From Terriglobia bacterium (GTDB lineage: Bacteria; Acidobacteriota; Terriglobia; 2-12-FULL-54-10), in contig CAXVYR010000003.1 of assembly GCA_963666975.2 (NCBI GenBank), positions 1,056,001 through 1,120,000 of the forward strand: 64,000 nt of DNA, read 5' to 3'. Positions 60,815 through 64,000 of the stretch are shown one piece after another. The translations under genes were made by a program, and so were the position numbers. The notes under the pieces are model-generated. The model saw nothing but the letters and a program-made list of their open reading frames with translations. It had not been told where the DNA came from and searched no databases. Within the stretch, counting starts at the first letter, position 1; the number at the start of each line of letters is the position of its first letter.

Positions 60815-62722
60815 TTACTCCCTGATGCCCAGCTTGACGACGGCACGGACCTGCTGATCACCTCTGAGGACCACCACGGGGACTTCGTCGCCCGGACTTT
60901 TGCCGCGCAGGGCATAGGTGAAGTCGTAGAGATTTAGCAACTCGTTTCCGTCAAACTCGACAAGGATATCTCCCGCTTGCAAGCCCGCCTGGGCGGCTGG
61001 GCTGCCTTCCCGGACGTCGGCGAACTTCACGCCCTTGTCACTCTCTCCGAAATCCGGGATGCTCCCGAAATAAGGTCCGTAACCGGTCTCGTCGCCTGCG
61101 CCGCCGCGCGCTCTCCTGCTGCGGCGCACCTGTGTAAACTGCGGCCGCTCGTCCTCAGAGTCGATTTTCCGGACCACGCGGCTGACTAACTCCAGCACAC
61201 GGGCCGTGTTTTCCGGCTCGAGCTTTTCCCAGGTGTCGGAGGGTTTGTGGTAATCGGAGTGCAAGCCGGAGAAGAAGAACATCACCGGCACCTGCTTCCG
61301 GTTAAAAGAGACATGGTCGCTGGCGTCGTATCCGGTGTCAGAAAACTCGATCTGGAAAGCCGCGTCCCGGTTTTCCTGTTCCACATTTTCCTGCTCGACT
61401 AGCTGGCGGAAGCCGGGAGAAGTGCCTACCCCGCCGATATAGAGCTTGTTCTGTTTCACCCTTCCGATCATGTCCAGGTTCAGCATGGCAATCGTGCGGC
61501 CGAGCGGAACCAGAGGTTCTTCCACATAATGGGCCGAGCCCAGCAGCCCCAATTCCTCTCCGGCAAAGGCCAGCAAGAGCAGTGAACGGCGCAACTGGCC
61601 GCGCTCCTCGCCGAACGTGCGGGCCAGCTCCAGCAAGCCGGCGGTGCCGGAGGCATTGTCGTCCGCCCCGTTATGGATTTGGCCCGCCTGGCGGGGCACC
61701 AAGCTGTTCTGCTCTCCCAGGCCCAGGTGGTCGTAATGGGCGCCGATGACGATAACCTCGTCGCGCAAAACAGGATCGCTGCCGGGTAAAAACGCCGCAA
61801 CATTCTTCAGCATCCGCTTGCGGTGCCGCACGTCTGCCCGGATTTTTACCTGGAAGTTGTCCGGCAGAAACGAAGAGCGGGGCGTCAGATCGCCGTCAAT
61901 TGCTTCCTGCAGCTCCAGGAGCGATTTCCCTGCCTCGTCCATCAACTGTTCCACCACTGCTCGCTTGACGTGAACGGCCAGCACCCCCAGGTCGGAGGGG
62001 CCGCCGCCTCTTCCGAACCGCACGAGCCGGTCTTCTTCGCCCTTATGGTAGAGCGGGTCGTTGACCAGCAGCATGGCCACCGCGCCGTGGTTGCGGGCAT
62101 TGATGGCCTTGTTCACCAGCGAGGCATGACGGGTAAAGCGTCTCCCGCTGAAGACGCTGCTCTCGTCTGTCTCCTGCGGCTCATGGCGCAGCACGACCAC
62201 CACCTTCCTCTCAACGTCGATGCCGTCATAGTCATCGTAGCCGTACTCCGGAGCGGTGATTCCATACCCGACAAAGGCCAGAGCGCCGGAGCGCTCCCCG
62301 CTGCCTGACATGCTCAGGGGAATAAAGTGCTGGCGGATTCGGTAAGAGCGGGCCGAAGGAGAAAGCAATGCCAGGCGGTTGTCCGTGCCGAGTTCAGCCC
62401 CCACGTTGGCTTCAAAAGGCTGAAAGGCGCCTTCCGGCAAAACTTCCAGGCCTGCCTTGCGAAATTGCTCTGCGATGTAGACGGCGGCCTCGTCCAACTC
62501 CGGGGTATTATTTCCCCGCCCCTTCAGCCGGTCGCTCGACAAATACTTCGCGTCGGCGAGCCAGCGGTCGCTCTGAACGGAAGTCTCCGCGAGCAGCGCC
62601 CCGTGAAAAACGGCGAGCAGGAGAAGCGCTCGCACCGTCATGGCTAGAATCACGGCAGCAGCTCTGCGCGGTCTCCCCAGCAGGCCGTCGATTGCTGTAT
62701 TTCGCATGAAAGTGATTTTCAA
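60815..62722 (-). CDS. M28 aminopeptidase with PA and PDZ domains
   Basis: FVGYGI, GAHYDHLG, NGADDNASG, GEELGLLGS, NLDMIGR, SDH, DYHKPSD, PDZ GSPAAQAGL. Confidence 0.92.
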   Translation of the reverse strand: MKITFMRNTAIDGLLGRPRRAAAVILAMTVRALLLLAVFHGALLAETSVQSDRWLADAKYLSSDRLKGRGNNTPELDEAAVYIAEQFRKAGLEVLPEGAFQPFEANVGAELGTDNRLALLSPSARSYRIRQHFIPLSMSGSGERSGALAFVGYGITAPEYGYDDYDGIDVERKVVVVLRHEPQETDESSVFSGRRFTRHASLVNKAINARNHGAVAMLLVNDPLYHKGEEDRLVRFGRGGGPSDLGVLAVHVKRAVVEQLMDEAGKSLLELQEAIDGDLTPRSSFLPDNFQVKIRADVRHRKRMLKNVAAFLPGSDPVLRDEVIVIGAHYDHLGLGEQNSLVPRQAGQIHNGADDNASGTAGLLELARTFGEERGQLRRSLLLLAFAGEELGLLGSAHYVEEPLVPLGRTIAMLNLDMIGRVKQNKLYIGGVGTSPGFRQLVEQENVEQENRDAAFQIEFSDTGYDASDHVSFNRKQVPVMFFFSGLHSDYHKPSDTWEKLEPENTARVLELVSRVVRKIDSEDERPQFTQVRRSRRARGGAGDETGYGPYFGSIPDFGESDKGVKFADVREGSPAAQAGLQAGDILVEFDGNELLNLYDFTYALRGKSPGDEVPVVVLRGDQQVRAVVKLGIRE

Positions 62723-63075
62723 GAGAGAGGACTGACAGGCCGTTCAAAGAAATGCGGGGGAAGCGCCACACCGTTCCGTTCACCGGCTTCGAGCGCCCAA
62801 TCACGACTTTTTAACTCACGGCGATTCCAGGATTCCTGCGCATTGCGGCAGCGGAACGCATATAACAAAATACCGCTCATAATCGTCACCGGAGGGATCA
62901 GCAATACTATGATGCCGAGATTCAGCGCCTGGATGCCTTTGTCGCTTTGGGATGCGGCAGTCGCATAGCACATGGCGCACTGGGCGAGCGCCGGGGCCGA
63001 AGCCGCCCAGAAAGCCGCTGTAACCAGCGCAATCGCCGGGAGCCATTTGCTGATGCGACTGACACTAATCTGCAC
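62719..63075 (-). CDS. Small membrane protein with AQCAMC motif (cox-cluster associated)
   Basis: AGGAG RBS before GTG 63075; signal peptide, AQCAMC, LNLGIIVLL TM. Confidence 0.65.
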   Translation of the reverse strand: MQISVSRISKWLPAIALVTAAFWAASAPALAQCAMCYATAASQSDKGIQALNLGIIVLLIPPVTIMSGILLYAFRCRNAQESWNRRELKSRDWALEAGERNGVALPPHFFERPVSPLS

Positions 63076-63109
63076 GGGTCGTTTTCTCCTGTGGTAGCCC
63101 GCTAACCCT

Positions 63110-63424
63110 TTATGGCCACCGCAATTCAAACAATCGGAAACTGTCCGGGAAAAACACAAATAGCAAACACGTCACCATCACCCACATTGGGACCAAGGTC
63201 CAAACTAGACTCGCACTCTCGAACCGCAAGTGCATAAAATAGGCCACAATCAAGGCAGCCTTGATCACCGACAGCCCCATAAGAATAACCAGCATGAGAA
63301 CCACGGAAAGCTGTATATAGGCGAGCACTACCTCCACCATCGTCATGGCCAGCAACGCGGCCCAGACGCTGAGATACAGGCGGGTGCCTCCTTCTGCATG
63401 TCCATTCGCTTGGCTCGCGCTCAT
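63110..63424 (-). CDS. Cytochrome c oxidase subunit IV (caa3 type)
   Basis: KAALIVAYFMHLRFE. Confidence 0.85.
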   Translation of the reverse strand: MSASQANGHAEGGTRLYLSVWAALLAMTMVEVVLAYIQLSVVLMLVILMGLSVIKAALIVAYFMHLRFESASLVWTLVPMWVMVTCLLFVFFPDSFRLFELRWP

Positions 63425-63459
63425 TTACTTTTCTCCTCTTCTGCTGAGCCCCTTACCCA

Positions 63460-64000
63460 TTAGCCCCTATCGACCGACAACAAATACACCAGCGGAAAGA
63501 TGAACATCCAGACCAAATCGACAAAGTGCCAGTACAGCCCGCTGATCTCCACGTGGTCTGCCGTATACCGCCCTCTCTTCAACCCAGCCGCCATGATGCC
63601 GAGGACAATGACTCCAATTGTCACGTGAAGCATGTGCAGCCCGGTCAGCGCCATGAAAGTCCCGCCGAACAAGGGCGCGCCCCAGGGATTTTCAAACGGC
63701 CGCAAGCCTTCGTGGATCAATTCCCTCCACTCGTTCGCGTGCAGGACGAGAAACAGGACGCCTCCCAGTATCGTAAACCAAATCCACCGAACCGCCGAGC
63801 TGACCTTCCCTTCCTTGGCCGCCGCTACGGCCATCACCATAGTGATGCTGCTCGACAGCAGACAAAACGTCATGATGCTGGCGACAATGATGCTCGGCCA
63901 AAAATGAAAGGGCGTGGGCCAATCCTCGCTCGCAACCCGAACGTAGCTGTAGGCGATCAGCATAGTGCCGAAGGTCAGCGCATCGGAGACGATAAAAAGC
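63460..64000 (-). CDS. Cytochrome c oxidase subunit III family protein, partial
   Basis: FIVSDALTFG, LLSSSITM, LTGLHMLHV, GLYWHFVDLVW; start beyond the right edge. Confidence 0.9.
   Translation of the reverse strand, partial: LFIVSDALTFGTMLIAYSYVRVASEDWPTPFHFWPSIIVASIMTFCLLSSSITMVMAVAAAKEGKVSSAVRWIWFTILGGVLFLVLHANEWRELIHEGLRPFENPWGAPLFGGTFMALTGLHMLHVTIGVIVLGIMAAGLKRGRYTADHVEISGLYWHFVDLVWMFIFPLVYLLSVDRG

Overview
Bacterial chromosomal window. Gene content and style suggest an Acidobacteriota-like host (inference). Positions 1-4701 are the right end of a genomic island. They hold a translationally coupled two-gene module (an RDPLG-motif protein plus a double-HxK PLD/Tdp1-like nuclease that the ORF track misses), IS3 debris, an intact IS1380 with a 5-bp TSD, and a displaced 3' half of tRNA-Pro(UGG) with arm-like repeats. 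The rest is mostly housekeeping or metabolic: proBA, an Aas-like ligase, PhzF, a class V aminotransferase, ECH plus two ALDHs, sppA, ribBA with a degenerate RibA half, cysS, a class III aminotransferase, YraN, tRNA-Ala(CGC), NupC, MatB-like, NhaP, PCD, TauE, PyrE-like, TerB, CPBP, a GHMP kinase, secA, an SSS transporter, an M28 peptidase and cox subunits III/IV. A patchwork zone at about 29-49 kb contains IS1380-derived miniature elements, TA-flanked MITEs carrying REP-like hairpins, gene fragments, an orphan DsrE/F/H-like trio and an IS256 that splits a 2H-phosphoesterase gene. No CRISPR array or rRNA was seen. All family calls come from motif recognition only; no searches were run.
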